NCBI RefSeq assembly: GCF_009834535.1
Contig: NC_045696.1
Span: forward strand, 13,580,001 to 13,644,000
Reading direction: 5' to 3'
DNA from: Camelus ferus
Taxonomy: Eukaryota
DNA: 64,000 bases
A program made the translations under genes and the position numbers. Shown here in pieces: positions 37,732-51,544 of this stretch. Each line of letters starts with the position of its first letter. Positions within the stretch are counted from its first letter, which is position 1. The notes beneath the pieces are model-generated. The model had not been told where the DNA came from. It saw only the letters and a list, made by a program, of their open reading frames with translations, and searched no databases.

Positions 37732-38002
37732 AGTTTATTGACATGTAGTCGATCTACAATGTTGTGTTAGTCTCTGGTGTACAGCATAGTGATTCAGTTA
37801 TACATATATATATTCGTTTTCATATCCTTTTTTATTATAGGCTATTACAATATATTGAAAATAGTTCCCTGTGCTATACAGGAAGACTTTGTTATTTATC
37901 TACTTTATATACAGTAGTTAGTATCTGCAAATCCCAAACTTCCAATTTATCCCTCCCTTGCCCTTCTCTCCCCTGGTAACCATAAGCTTGTTTCTTATGT
38001 CT
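37732..38002 (-). mobile_element. L1 3' UTR fragment
   Basis: TTTATTGACATGTAGTCGATCTACAATGTTGTGTTAG...GTTCCCTGTGCTATACAG...GGTAACCATAAG. Confidence 0.88.
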
Positions 38003-38138
38003 TCAACCTAGTGACTAAAACCAGAATTTTTACAATATTGGTAGCTCCTGGGTCAAGACTAATCTGAATTGACTATACCTCTAGATACAGGCTTCTGTAC
38101 CAGTACCTCAGATGTAAGTACCAGTAGAGTTTTTTGCC

Positions 38139-38324
38139 TTTTTTTTTTTTTTTTTTGAGTTCAGGTAGATTTATTTAGAGAGATACATACTGCATAGAGT
38201 TTAAGACAAGAGAAAGGCAAGGAAAGAGGTGTGGGAACTGGGTGCTCAGGTTAAAGTAAAAGTTCGTACACGCTCCATAGACGGAGTGCGGGCCGTCTCC
38301 AAAGGGGAGAGAGCGACAACGGCC
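38139..38324 (-). mobile_element. Short polyadenylated retrocopy (LTR R-region-like), L1-mobilised
   Basis: 18 nt poly(A), AATAAA 13 nt upstream of it, 17 bp TSD (1 mismatch) at 38127-38143 and 38325-38341, TTTT/AA target. Confidence 0.85.
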
Positions 38325-40004
38325 GAGTTTTTTGCTTTTTTAAAGTTAGTTTGAGTTAGATTTTTCTGCTAGTTGCATAACCAGAATAATCATAATAGAA
38401 GGGAAGATTTTGCAAATGTAAAGCATTAGAGTAATAAAAATAATATAGGAAAGAGAGTCTCTAATTAAAGCCAACTAAGAATTTGTTCTTTAATTAAAGA
38501 GATTGTATTTATAAAGTTACAGGGACATACAAGAGAGTGTAAAGTTAAATTGACATACTGACCTGGTGGGAAAGTAGCAGCTTTTCCTTAGGTGTTGGGG
38601 GATGATAAGGGCAAAGCTGAGATTATTGATTGATTACTTGATACCAAATTTTTAAAAAAATAATTTAACTTAGATAATGACTTTATAATGTCTGAGAAGG
38701 GTTAAGGGAAATCATAAAGGAATGGTAAAATATCCCATCCGATTGCTAGAAAGAGTGAGAAACCACCATTACCCTCAGATCTGAAGGTAGGAGTAGTTAA
38801 TAGAACCTTGTGAAACCTATATGCTAAAAGAGCCAAAGTTTTAGCTACAGGAATGTAGCTGCTGCCACCAAACTAAAGAAGGATCTAGGCAAATAGATCT
38901 GCCAACATGTCCAGGTTTCTTTTAGTCATGTTCAGTCAACATGGCCAATGTGATGGACTCCAGTGAAACACAAAGGCAATCAAGTTACCTACACATTAGA
39001 CTATTACAGAAAGCTGGAGAGATGCTACAGCCTTGAGGTAGGATTGTGTAGAATCATTGCTAGCCCTGCTAGAAGACAGCAAACTGGTCCAATGATCTTT
39101 CACCAGCAGAAGCATCATTAACCAGCTCAGTAGGCCCCTATCAGGTGCTAAGGGATGTGTTCATCTTCCTCTTCAACAAAACCACATCTGGAATGGCAGC
39201 TGCATTGGAATCACCACCAGATAAAGTTTGCACTAATCCATTTTATTCTGCAAGATCCATGTGTCTTCAGAGCAGTGCCCTGTAGTCACCAAAAATCTAG
39301 TTATTTTCTCCTGTGTACAGTCACTCTGCTAAATGTCTGCAGTTCTCTTTAGGGAATGTAAAAGGAAGATTCATAGACTAATATTTCAATAATATAGCAA
39401 GGTCCTTCCTTAGGATGACCCAGTTTCTCCTTCATTCAAGGGACTCTGGAGCTAGGAACTGACTCAAGATGGGAAACTGTTTGAAGGCCTGTCACTCTCT
39501 ATAGTGGTGATTTAAATCAGACTTCTGTTTCTTAGACCTGGAACTTTTCCACTTATACAAATCAAGTAAGACTTTACATAAGCTGACCTCTTATTTCCTT
39601 ATGGACACAATGACCAATAAACTAACATTTATATTCTGTGCAGGTCAAAGCATTCTGATTACTGATTTTGCTCAGCTGCTCAATATAGTAACCATGCCCA
39701 CCTTGGCCTTGGCGATCGACTGTCAACAGTTGACCCCTATTCCAAGATACATTATCCCCATTGAATTTAGAAAACACAGTTTGATGTCAGCAATTTACAC
39801 TCTCATCCCTGGCTAGCAGAAAATAATTATTATAGAGCTCTTCAAGGAGGCTGGTGCTCCCTCACCAAGTATTTCTCAAAGCTACAAAATTATTTCTCAA
39901 ATATAGTATCCTCTGGCGTCTCCTGCAGAACATAGTTAGAGAATGACTGAGCAGATATTATAATAAACCAACTCTAGCATTTTAATGTTCCCAAGCTTGT
40001 GATA

Positions 40005-40580
40005 CTATACTATAATCCAGCAATTTCATTCCTAGGTATATACCCAAGAGAATTGGAAACATATATCCACACAAACACTTGTACACAAATGTTTATAGCA
40101 GCATTATTCATAATAGCCAAAAGACTGAAATAATCCAAATGTCTATTAACTGATGAATGGGTAAATAAAACGTGCTATATCCATACAATGAAATATTATT
40201 CAACAGCATAAAGAAATGAAGTACTGATAAGTTTTACAATATGAAAAAGCCTTGAAAACATTATACTAAGTGAAAGAAGTCAATCAGAAAGGACCACGTA
40301 TTCTATGGTTCCATCTATATGAAATGTCCAGAATAGGTAAATAAAGATGGAGAGCAGATTAGTGGCTGCTTGGTGATGGGGAAGAGGAAGAGAGGAATGG
40401 AGGTATTGAAAGGATGATGGCTAAGAGGTGAGGGTTTCTCTTTGTACTGAAAATATTCTACAGTTGAGTATAGTGATGGTCACACAACTCTGTGAATATA
40501 CTAAACGTCACTGAAGTACAAATTAAGTGAGTCAATTGTAAAGGTGTGTGAACTATATCTCAATTGAGTTGTTGAGCAAA
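40005..40580 (+). mobile_element. Older L1 (L1MB-like) 3' end
   Basis: CCAGCAATTTCATTCCTAGGTATATACCCAAGAGAATTG...TCCAGAATAGGTAAAT...CACAACTCTGTGAATATACTAAA...TATATCTCAAT. Confidence 0.88.
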
Positions 40581-42428
40581 ACAGATGTGAGGGTGGGTTT
40601 TTAAGGAAAGATTTTTCCCTGCAGGGAAACTACCCATCGGGAACGAAAAAAGACTGCTTCCATTGGCAAAAGAGGGTCAACCAACCAAACTGGGGGCTAA
40701 GGGCCTCAACCCCATCAGAAACTACCTACATGTCTCCACTCCATTTTTTAAATGTCCCACTTTCTTTCCAATCAATGCCTTAAATTTAACATAAAAGATT
40801 CTGTGAGGTTTGGAAAATCTTTTTTTTTTTTTTTGAAAAATCTTGGCCTTGCAGCTTCAGTAAATAAGGACATTAAAGTCCTGTACTCATCATTTTCTCT
40901 TTCTTAATTCTCCAGCATATTTAAAAGCAACCAACTATATCCACAGTCTTTATAGTTTTTAGTTCCCCTGTAATACTCTATGTCGCAGCTACTTGGTCAT
41001 ACAGAGTCTTGCCTTCCCAAGGCAGTTGATACTAGGTGATTGCAGGGGATAATTTAAGTATTGTTTGCCACTGTAGATCATGGACTAACCATTTACCATT
41101 TACCTTGGAAATAAAATAATCAGTGTCTTTTTATCTAGGCAAATGAAAAACCAATTCTAGAGTCTCATCTTTAAGGTTTTATTCTCCTAGAACCTTCTGT
41201 TTTCCAGAATCACCATACCTTAGAATTCAATAAGGAATTCAGAGCCATTTTTAGTGTTATGGGATAGGGATTTATTATATGAATTCAATTTCTCACAATG
41301 GTGAACAGAGCAGGTAAATGAAAGTCCAAAAAGGGAATTTGGAGAATCAGAGAAAAGCCATCAGGCATTCCTCTTGACGATGGGACAAGCTGGAGGGGAT
41401 GACAGACTACCAAGAATGTACAGCCACCAAAGTGGGACCGCAAAGGCTGAGCTCATGTAGAGGTCTTTGGAAAGCTGTTGCATCTGACTATTGCCTTGGG
41501 ATTCATAGCCAAAAATTTTGTGGTGGTCCTGGGGCTACTGTTATTTATCTGGGAGAGCAGTTGGGACAAATATCTGCAAATATTATACAGCAGAGAAAAA
41601 AGAAGTAGAAATTGGAAAGACTATCCCAGTTGACTTTAATGTATAATTCAGCACAATATCATTCTGAGTCTTAAGCACAGTGATCGCTAGAGGAGTGGGG
41701 TAGGCAGGTAAATAAGAAGAGAGAAACAGAAAAAACAAACATCTTGGCTTTACTGTCACCAATCATACCAGGCCAGTTATTCAAAATCCGGGACCTCTGC
41801 AGTCATTGGTCCTTATCACTAAGGCTTGAAAACATGACACTATTTTTGGTTTTCTCACATCTGTACTAGATGAGACCTAAAACATAAGAGGGCTTCAACA
41901 TGGATGTTTGGTTGTATGAGTGAATTCATGACTGAGGAAACAAGGATTTGGCTTTCAAAGTCCTCCTACTGCTTTTTAACCTCATGCCCATGTTATTTTT
42001 GCATTCTGTACTGATAAAAGCACTTGCCCCAGAGGTAAGGAACTCAGGGACATCGAGGCTGATGCAAAATGGAAGAGGAAAGGAACAGAGTCAGTGGTTT
42101 TATGATGGGGGTGGAGATTCAGCAGACTGTAAGGATTAAGGTAGAGCTTTCACTCAGGTGGAAATATCACAGCTTTCCTTTTTAAAGGAAAGTATGTTCT
42201 TTCCTGACCTGTTATGGACATGACCACCAGGATCCATGATTATAACTAGGGGAGGAGAGAATTAAGGAGTGGATGATTATCTATAAATTAACCCCATCTC
42301 TTTTTTCTTTGTAAAGCACCTTTGAAGAAAAGCCTATGTCCTGAAAACTTCTTCCCTATAGTTTGGGGCTAAAATGGGTAAGTTTGAAATGCCCAAATAT
42401 GGACAAAGGCTACCAAAACTCTCAGAAT

Positions 42429-45400
42429 TGGGACAGGATCCAAATTTTTGTAGAAATTAACATTTAATTAATCTGATGCACTCTCTTTAAGAAAAATAAT
42501 GCAAAATTATGAGTAAAATTAAATGCTCATTTAGAATAATAAAATAAACAAATTACAAAGTTAAAAAGCTAATAGATATCAAAAAATATAACAAATCCTT
42601 CCCCCAAAGAAAACACAGTATCTTTTGTTCATCGACTTCTCAATTCACTTGTTTAACACATTTTCCTACGTAATTTGGCTGCTCCACTTTTTGAGTTCCT
42701 CTTCACATGACAATGACCTTGGCATATCATTTATTCTGGGAGAATAGGCAGATAATTCTGTCTTTAGCATGATTGCTTGAAATTTGTTTTATTACTGGTA
42801 ATTTGGAACATTTTATTTCACTTTCATAATTTGTTATTGGTAACATCATTTAAATGTTTTAAGTTTTTGTCACTTTTGCAAGAAGTTCTATTAGATTTTC
42901 TTCTTCCCTGAGCTGTATGCTTTCAGGACATTTCAAATGTTCTTGTGCATTGACTGGTATTTTGAATTGATGATATTCATGAAACAGCCTTCACCAAGGT
43001 CCTCATTGCAGTGTCACTGATATTGTCAATATTTCATGTTAAAATCAGCCGTCTTTGTTAACTGCCTTATCAAACAAATTAAGAGCTACTCATTACTTCT
43101 GTTTAAAACTTTCCATTATCTTAATTTCTTCTTAGATATGATCTAAACATTTTTTGCTCAGTTTTTTCATTATATCAGTGTAATTCATATTAATTGCATC
43201 ACTCATCTTAGCTTTTTTACTTTATATTTATTTTATTTCCATTTTCCCCAATGTTTTAATAAACAAATTTAAAGAAGACAAAAGGAAATACTCTTAATAT
43301 GCATCCAAATCTGGAGTCTATGATTTCCCACTTATTATATCAAAAGATTCCAAAATAACTTTTTAAATGTAAATAATGTATTTAAGCTTTATCAATTTTT
43401 GAATGAACTTTTGCATCTTGGTTTTTTTCAAGCTTCTTTTAAGTATTCAAAACATATTTTAGAGTCTTAAGTTTTGCAACAGCTTCATAAAGAGTAGACC
43501 ATCTTATTACATTTATATTTTTAAAAAATGCAAAAAGCTGGCAAGGATTTTAAAATACTCCATCAAGAGACGGATCTGTAGAGAAAACACATCAAGTTTA
43601 CAAAATAGTGAGATAGTCAACGACTTCAGGCACTGTAGGAACAGGTCTTTTCCAAAGATTATGACCGATAAATTTTAAAATGTTGTTCAGTGGTTGGTTA
43701 TAATTGTCCAGGATTAGTTTCATTTTGTTGAATAACCTCACAGATACATGGCCTTAAGTTGATGAAAAAGTTAAAATCACTTACAGGGTTTTCTGCTATA
43801 GCAGAAATACCCAATAATTAACAATAATCTGTGTTTATAACATCTAATGTAGAATTTACCATGTTGCTATGGTATCTGATGTCTGGTTTACTTTATTTGC
43901 AACTTCATTTTATAGAGATTTCCAATTATTTTTATTAATTCTTTAGGGCAAAAAAGTTGCATCTGCCCATTTTGATATCTTCCCACATGCTTGTGCAAAA
44001 ATGAATCAATTCAGTAATTAATTTGAGGTTATCCATGAAGTTTCCATTATTTTAGGATTGCAAATTTTCATAGCAATCTCTGAAGGATCATTCCCTCTCA
44101 CTTTAGAAATGTCATAACTGCAACTATTCAATTAAAAGTGAAACTCTTCTTTCTTATGTCTAAGATATTGTCCTGGTGCATTTTTATTATCTGCATGAAA
44201 TCCAAGTAAACAGCCTACTTAATCTTTCTGAAATCGTCTTGAGAGCTTTCATCCAGAGAATCTGAGTTATTAAGTAGCATTAGTCTTGCTAAGAGTCGTT
44301 TCTAAATGAAGTAATGCATGCAACTTGCAGCCTTGGATTCAAGTAGCCAGGATCATATATATATTTGCTCACTTTGAATTTTCTTAATTCTTTATTTGAC
44401 CATTACAAATTCTGTTTGATTCACTGTAGATACTATTGAGATCTAGATTTTGAAAAATATTTGATTTCCTTTAAACAGTAGAGTTAACTGTACAGGAATC
44501 ATACCACAATAAAGGTGTTAAAAATAATAAAAATTTTAAAGTAAATGGAAAAAAATTACAACAAGAACATTTCATTTTAAAAAAAATGTTGAATACAATT
44601 ATTTTTCATTGTAACAGGCCATACATAATAAAAGATCATGGTACTTATTGAAGTCAGTGGATTCACCAGAATGAAAGGACTGTTCTCTTGAATGCTCTAA
44701 TGTCTGATGTTCATTCAAACGGACTTATTTTATAACAATTTTATCTTCCTTCCAGTTTGTTTGTTTCCTATTGATAGTGTCCAGATTCTCCTGATCTTTT
44801 CTATTTCTTCTTGTCATTTTCATTATCTGTATTTTCTAGATTACTGTAATTCTTATCCTCATGATTTTTACCAGTTTTTACTGTCACTACTTATGCATTA
44901 AAGATATTTGATATGTAGAAGTTTTAGTCTCCTTTCTTTCAAGTTGTGTTTTTGGCTTCCAGGAGGATGTTTTCTTCCTGAAATATTTGAATTTGGATTA
45001 AAAAAATCAATAATCCTGAAAATAATCTGAAATTTAAACAGACACAAAAGCAATTTAAATAATTAAAAATTGTCGCTATTGGGATACACAGTTATGTACT
45101 GACATTACTCCTATATAATTTACACAGCTTATTATTTAAATGGTAAAAGTTTTGTGACTCTAACATTTATTTCTATAGCCAGATTTTTTGTGTGTGTCAG
45201 TAGCAAATTTTTATGCTGTTCCACCAGGGACTACCAGATGTTGTCAGGACAAGATGCATTAGAGATTCTAAAACACAATTCAAAGTTTTAGGATGAATAA
45301 AATATGTTCATTTCTGTTCAAACGAGAAAAACAGAGTGTGGTGCATTTGTAATTGTACATGCTACCGTGTTTGTTGAGTATAATTCTGACAGGACGGAAC

Positions 45401-46022
45401 TTCTATTTTGAGTAGCTGTCAATGAGAAACAAACCCTACGCTTACAGTCTCATATGTTATTCACAGACCACCTTCCAATTCTGCACATTTCACAACCTTG
45501 TTTCTCCTCCAGTTACCCCTTTAGTATCTGGGATGTGTGTCATTGGACATATTAACATCACAAAATAACTTGCAGTCCTGGTTCTGGTTTTCAGGTAGGG
45601 ATGCTAAGAGAATCAGCACAGCGGGCAGCTGGAATATTTGCAGGAATCATTCCTACTCTGGGTTCATTAACAATAATTTAACTGTACATGTAGGTGACTG
45701 CAAGCCATAAAAACATATCCCACTGACCCAAACTAAACATATTCTCAAATGAACATCTTTCTGTAGACTAACTGTGGTGACATTGATTGCTATTCCAATG
45801 TCACCAAACACCAGGGGGAAGCATGATAGAGCAGAGTTTGAATGGAAATATTTAGCCGGCTTACGGGATTGCAGTTAACATATCTTACTTTTGTAAATTA
45901 CACAAAGACCTGTGACCAAGAGAGTCCATTGAGAGGGCTTCTTCCAGAGCCTGGCTGGAATTAGCGTCTGTGAAGGACCCTGCGACTTAAGCTTCACTGG
46001 CTTCATGGAATATCTACCTCTG
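42429..46022 (-). mobile_element. Near-full-length Zaphod-like hAT-Tip100 DNA transposon fossil (transposase on minus strand)
   Basis: Termini GGACAGGATCC...CTCTTTAAGAAAA and GACTTAAGCTTCACTGGCTTCA...TCTACCTCTG; degenerate 8 bp TSD CTCAGAAT/TTCAAAAT; minus-strand translation of ~42730-42890 gives hATC-like MMLPITNYESEIKCSKLPVIK...NYLPIL. Confidence 0.82.
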
Positions 46023-46150
46023 TTCAAAATCCTTCAACTTTCATCTGAGTGATTGTATTGATGATGTCTCATAAAACAACGGGGACCAACTCTAGTCAGA
46101 CAGATCAGAGGAACCTGCGGTGACCACCGGTTTAAGGAATAAAGACGCTT

Positions 46151-46250
46151 NNNNNNNNNNNNNNNNNNNNNNNNNNNNNNNNNNNNNNNNNNNNNNNNNN
46201 NNNNNNNNNNNNNNNNNNNNNNNNNNNNNNNNNNNNNNNNNNNNNNNNNN
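46151..46250. other. Assembly gap (100 N)
   Basis: Seen directly; the round number suggests a placeholder of unknown size. Confidence 0.99.
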
Positions 46251-46524
46251 CTTGGGAAATGAATCTAAGAACTTTCCTCTGTGAATGTCAACGTGAGTTG
46301 ACTTTCTTAATTCATTTGAGGGTCATCTTCCCAGTTCCTGAAAACTCCTTTTCACAATCAGATGTCACTTCAGAATAAACTTGAATGTTGCTCCCATGAC
46401 ATTGGATGACAATGATCAGTTCGTTTTGATACAGCATTTAATTATGATGCAAACCTCTTTAGGAAATTGGGCACAGGGCTCTAAAAATAATTACAAAATC
46501 CACTCACTTTCTGAGAACATTTAG

Positions 46525-46690
46525 AGTATGGATATTCAAAGCATGGCCAGGAGCCTGGCAACACTTGCATTCCTTGGCAATTCATTACAAATGCAGATTC
46601 TCTGGCCCCGCCCCAGACCCACTGAACCAGATTCTGCGTTTCAGTGAGATCCCTAGGTGATTAATGTGCACATTAGAGTTGGAGAGGCCC
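46525..46690 (+). mobile_element. MER5A-type hAT-Charlie MITE
   Basis: AAATGCAGATTCTCTGGCCCCGCCCCAGACCCACTGAACCAGA...CCCTAGGTGATT...GCACATTAGAGTTGGAGA. Confidence 0.85.
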
Positions 46691-47719
46691 AGGTTTAGTG
46701 TCAGTTAGAGAAAGAGTGTCACAAATTTAACTGGACACATCCAGTATCCACACTGATTCCAAGTGGCCCCTCGATTTCCTTGGATTTCTGCTCAGACATG
46801 CCAAAGCCTGTGACACACAGCTCACAGACCTCCAACAGTCTTTCTGCTGAAGAATCTCTGCTCTGAAGCAACCAACAAAAGGGATTTTTTTTTTTCTTAA
46901 AGAGCAAATGAGGTCAAAACATCTCAGCGTGAGCTTACCACTGAGTAAAGGTTCTTTATCTTAGTCTCCAGGTCTGTTCTAATTCATTCCTGCAGCCTCC
47001 TTTGATGAGGTTTTCCCCCTCTTCCCTTTTTCCTTTTACTCAGATTTCTCAACCAAATAAGCTTCTCACTGAGAGGTTAGCAATTATAGCCCTCTTTTCT
47101 TCAACACGGGCTGAGCTGTGTAGCAAAGCTCATCTTGACCCTGCTTCCAGGCAGAGCTTCTCCCATTTATCAGTCCCTCCATTTTAGAGCTGATACCACA
47201 TTTTTTCCCCTCTTGGCATCATTTACCTGAATTTGTGAAATATAGAAAACCATTAGAAATAGACTTGCAATTACATATCCCAGATATTAAATATGAGGTT
47301 ATTTCTAAGGCCATTTTCTCCTCTTTATTCTGCTTCACTCCCTAGAAAGCGTACTTAGTTTGTTCCTGCCTTAGTACTTCTTTTCTGCCTCTAAAACTAC
47401 CCAGTGAAGAATTATGATAAATCAGCCTTAAAATATCTAAGTTGCAGGGGTGGGGGACGGGGGCAGAATAAAATGCTAAAATTATCTTTCCCTCTCTCTC
47501 TCTATGTATTTATGCACAAATAACAACCCTGTGTCCTCTGTCCTAACCCACAGGCTGAATCAGTGGTCCTTGTTGCAGTAATTTTGATTACTGTAATTAT
47601 TTTTTGACCATCATGCTAACTCATTCTGAGTTCTTTGGTTCTAGATTCTGGCCATTCATTGCAGGTTTGGGGAGGAGGTAAACCAGGCTTCCCTGGGCCT
47701 CACGCTGTGTTCCATCATC

Positions 47720-48050
47720 TTGGAAGCACTGTTCGGGTCAATAGGTGATCGTATGACAAGCAGAGCCAACCAGAGCCCTTCCCTGGGGCAGCCGTTCCTT
47801 CTCCATTGGGGATTCCAAGAGGAGGCTTCCAGCAGTGATATCTCTTACCTTGTGGAGAGGGCCTATTGGCGATGGAAGAGAGGAAACAATCAGGAGCAGG
47901 GGCAAGTAGAGAGGATAGAGTGCTGGAGAACCCCTGAGACATCCATTCCTATAGCTCCCTTTCCCTCAGGCATGGGCCAATCATTCAGTCTTTTGCTGAA
48001 GCTGATTTGAGATGGACTTTATCACTTGCATTTGCCAGAGCCCCAACCAA
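47720..48050 (+). mobile_element. Old MaLR (MLT1J/K-like) LTR fragment
   Basis: 3' end TTTTGCTGAAGCTGATTTGAGATGGACTTTATCACTTGCA. Confidence 0.5.
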
Positions 48051-48339
48051 CGCCAGCGTATTTCTACATTGATACTTATCCATTTCCTATTCGGTTGGTC
48101 TCCACTTTGTAAAAGCTTAGCCTGAGTACAGTGCCTCAGACCTAAATTCACAGGCAAGAACTCAAGGCATCCCCAGTTTAGGGAAACAGTGGGAACTGCT
48201 ATTGGACCACATCAGGAAATGAACTGCTTTGTGCTGGACGTGCAGATTTAATTCTAGGCTCTCAACAAACTGCCTGCAACCTAACTGAGTAGTGGGGTCA
48301 CCATAGAGGAATCTTGCAAAAGGTCTAATGGTCTTTATT

Positions 48340-48550
48340 AGAACTACACTAACTCTGGTGCCAGATTGTCTGGGTGCAGATCCTGTCCCCAGTACCAACT
48401 AGTGGCATTTGCACAACTTCTAACTAACTCTTCAAGTCTCTGTTTCTTCATCTGTACCATGGGATTATAGGGTTATTACAAGGATTTTAAAAATTAATAT
48501 TTTATAAAGCATTAAGGATAGTGCTCTGTACAAAGTGAGTATATAATATA
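48340..48550 (+). mobile_element. MIR SINE
   Basis: CTCTGGTGCCAGATTGTCTGGGT...TCTGTTTCTTCATCTGTA...GGGTTATTACAAGGATT. Confidence 0.78.
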
Positions 48551-49249
48551 ATACTTGCAAAAAACAAATGGGTGGACCATTTTTTTTTTTCTCCCAGCCT
48601 GAATGTCACACAGTCTTTGAGAAGATGTAACACCCCATTTTAGAAGCCCTGGTATTCCCAGCCTCAGGGTTTCCTGAAAGCCATCTGGTGGGAATCACCT
48701 TGAAGAAGGGAAATGAGAGGAAATCATAGTCTGTAGATAATGCCAGTGAATTCTCAATAGATGGAAGGCCATAGACTTATCCAGCCTTGCTTTGAACACG
48801 GACAATATTTCAGAATTCCTTTGTGGGAAGAGAAAGGTAATGTGAACATAAAGGGAGAAATGCAAATTAAAAAATAAAAGAAAAGCAATTTCAGTGTTCT
48901 TTTCTTAAATGTTCTTTTCTAAATCCATCTAGAAAACGTTAGCAACCCTAACATATGTATTCCAGGGACACAGCTGGCACGTGGACAACACGGATCCTAA
49001 CGGTGATTTGCCTACCTTGCTTAAATTACTGACTTCACTAGAACCCAACCCCATGTCCCCGAGTAGATAGAACTTTTTGATCTTTTCCAATAGAGTCACC
49101 TCAACTTCTAATTTAGATTAAGTGAGGGAGGACATTTCCTACTAAGTAGAAAGCAATTTTATTTTCTTTTTGAATTACAGTGAGTGTACTAATTCATTGC
49201 TTACTCATTGCTCTTCGAAGCTGTGCCAACCAGGAGCAGCAGGACCTAG

Positions 49250-49502
49250 GTGTCTGTTAGCCATGCAGATCCCTGTGCCCCAGCCCTAGGGTGACAGTTG
49301 TCCTGGCTTGCTGAGCCTATCCCAGTTTTCAGACTAAAAGTCATGCATCCTGGAAACTCCTGTTGGCCTGGGCAAACCAGATTTCTCTTCGTCTTACGCC
49401 AGACGTAGCAAATCTGAGACGCTGAGGGTGGACCCAGGAATCTAGGTTTTAACATGGTCTCCAGGTCATTTTTATGTGCACTGAAGTCTGAGAAATGCTA
49501 CT
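49250..49502 (+). mobile_element. MER5-type element with nested MER81 (~49287-49390)
   Basis: ATGCAGATCCCTGTGCCCCAGCCC | TAGGGTGACAGTTGTCCTGG...GGGCAAACCAG | ...GGACCCAGGAATCT...CCAGGTCATT...TGAGAAATGCT. Confidence 0.75.
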
Positions 49503-50491
49503 TTAGATGGTTGCTTAATGCACAGAAGAACGAGCCTGCAGTCACCTAGTTTCTCTCAGTGCTCTGTCCACTTTCTACTTTTAGGTAGCTTGTCTATCTG
49601 ACAAGACTAACTAAATTCCACCCACTAGCATCTGCTGTGCGGTCTCACAGCACTGCCTTCCTCTGCAGAGTCTGTACCATGGTCCAACCACCAGCCCCGA
49701 CATTGCATTTTAGATCCATTGTCTGCATTATTTAAGAACATGAATATCGTCGCTGCATGCTGGCAGGGCTAGATGCCAGGCCATCTTTCCATTCTTTCAG
49801 GGGATCATCCTCACAGAATCACTCAGAGGAACATCTCCTCTGCAGAACTGAATGCTTTTCCTTTGGCTTTCTTGCTCTCTCTTTGCATTTTTATCAATGA
49901 GCTTTGCATGTGCCCTGTGGTTCACGAGCTTCCCACACAGTTTTTCAATTATCCTCTTTGGCTTGAATATGTGACTTCAGGTCTATGGTTTGTCCCTTGC
50001 TGTATAGGCTCTCCTCAGTGCTGTCTCAAGCCGAGCACTGGCAGTCTTCAACAAACATGGTGGTTTTCAGTCATATTACCAGTGTCATTCCCCAAATCAA
50101 ATTGTGAATTGGGCCATGATTGACTTTGTCACCTATTAGTTTAACCTTCTTTCCTTCCTGAGTTTTCTCACCCCAATGTCCATCGCAGTCTTTTGTTCTG
50201 TGTTGTCCCTCTTAAGTGACTATCCAGGCATCCAGACTAAGCTTTTAACTGATGGATAAGGTGTTCCTTCAGGATAAAAAGTATGATACTTTTTCTTCTA
50301 ACTCAAATGGAAAACAACATGGAGATCTTAAGAAAGGTGATTGTCATGGAGGAATTAGACACTAAGCCAGCATACTGAGGCCACCTCGTCTGAACTCATA
50401 GTGGGGTGGCCCTGACCCTGGTAGCTATGACTGCAGAAGCAGGTGCTCAGAGGCTTGTACCCAGAGAGGGAAATCCGCTCAAAAGGTCTCC

Positions 50492-51001
50492 TGTGGTAAC
50501 CTGAATACTGGCCCTTGAATGTATCCATGTCCGAATCCCTGGAACCATGAAAAGCTACCTTATATGGCAAAAGAGACTTTGCATATGTGATTAAGTTAAA
50601 GATCTTGGGATGGAGAGATTATCTTGGGTTATCCAGGTGGCCCCTAAATGTAATCAGAAGTATCTGTATACGAGGGAGGCAGAGTGAGATTTGGTAGCAG
50701 AGTAAGAAGACCATGTGATACTGAAGCAAGATGTTACACTGCTGCTTTGAGGATGGAGGGATGACCACAAGCCATGGAGTGGAAAGAATGCAGCTCTAGA
50801 AGCTGGAACAGGCAGAGAAATGGACTCTTCCCTAGGGCCTCCAGAGAAAATGACACCTTGATTTTGGCCTAGTGAAACGGATGTATATAAGTGACACTTA
50901 CATAGTTATATATACTGATAACTATAAGATAATACATTTGTATTGTTGTAAGCCACTGAGTTTGTGGTAATTTGTTATGTCAGAGATAGGAAACTAATAC
51001 A
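50492..51001 (+). mobile_element. MLT1D-like MaLR solo LTR
   Basis: TGTGG...ACCTTATATGGCAAAAGAGACTTTGCA...GTGATTAAGTTAA...GGTAATTTGTTA...GGAAACTAATACA. Confidence 0.9.
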
Positions 51002-51544
51002 ACGACCAACTCCATGCTCAGATGTCAGGGGAGGATGCTCTTGAAGTGTTGCTTCTTTTGCTTCTCCAGCAAGGCGGGCTGGACCAATTTCTCCTGCAGC
51101 AACACTGCATGTAGCACCTGCTGAATGACCACATGAAGACCTGGTTCTCTGCATCTGAGAAGCAGAAACTTCCTGCTGTCCAGCATTGTCTTAAGCCCCT
51201 GACTTTTCATCTCAAGTCCTGTGCAAATTGGAAAGATGGATTTGGCTCCTAGCTTCAGCTCCTTGCCTCCTTTGCCAGTCTCCACTACACTTGTTGGCCA
51301 CGTCCTGCCAGGCCCCACGGACCCACATTACTGGCCACTGCTCATCAGTGACAACTGGCTGCAGCTTCCACTCTGGGACTAAATCTTGAATCTGTAACTA
51401 AGGTCTAGTTCTTCTTAAGGACAGTGGTTCTCACCTACATTACCCCAAAGCTGGGAAGCCCTGTCCTACACACCACTACTCTGGTAGATTTGAAAGAGAA
51501 AGGGATTTGGGATCATCCATCTGGATGTGCATCTGGACTTGACC

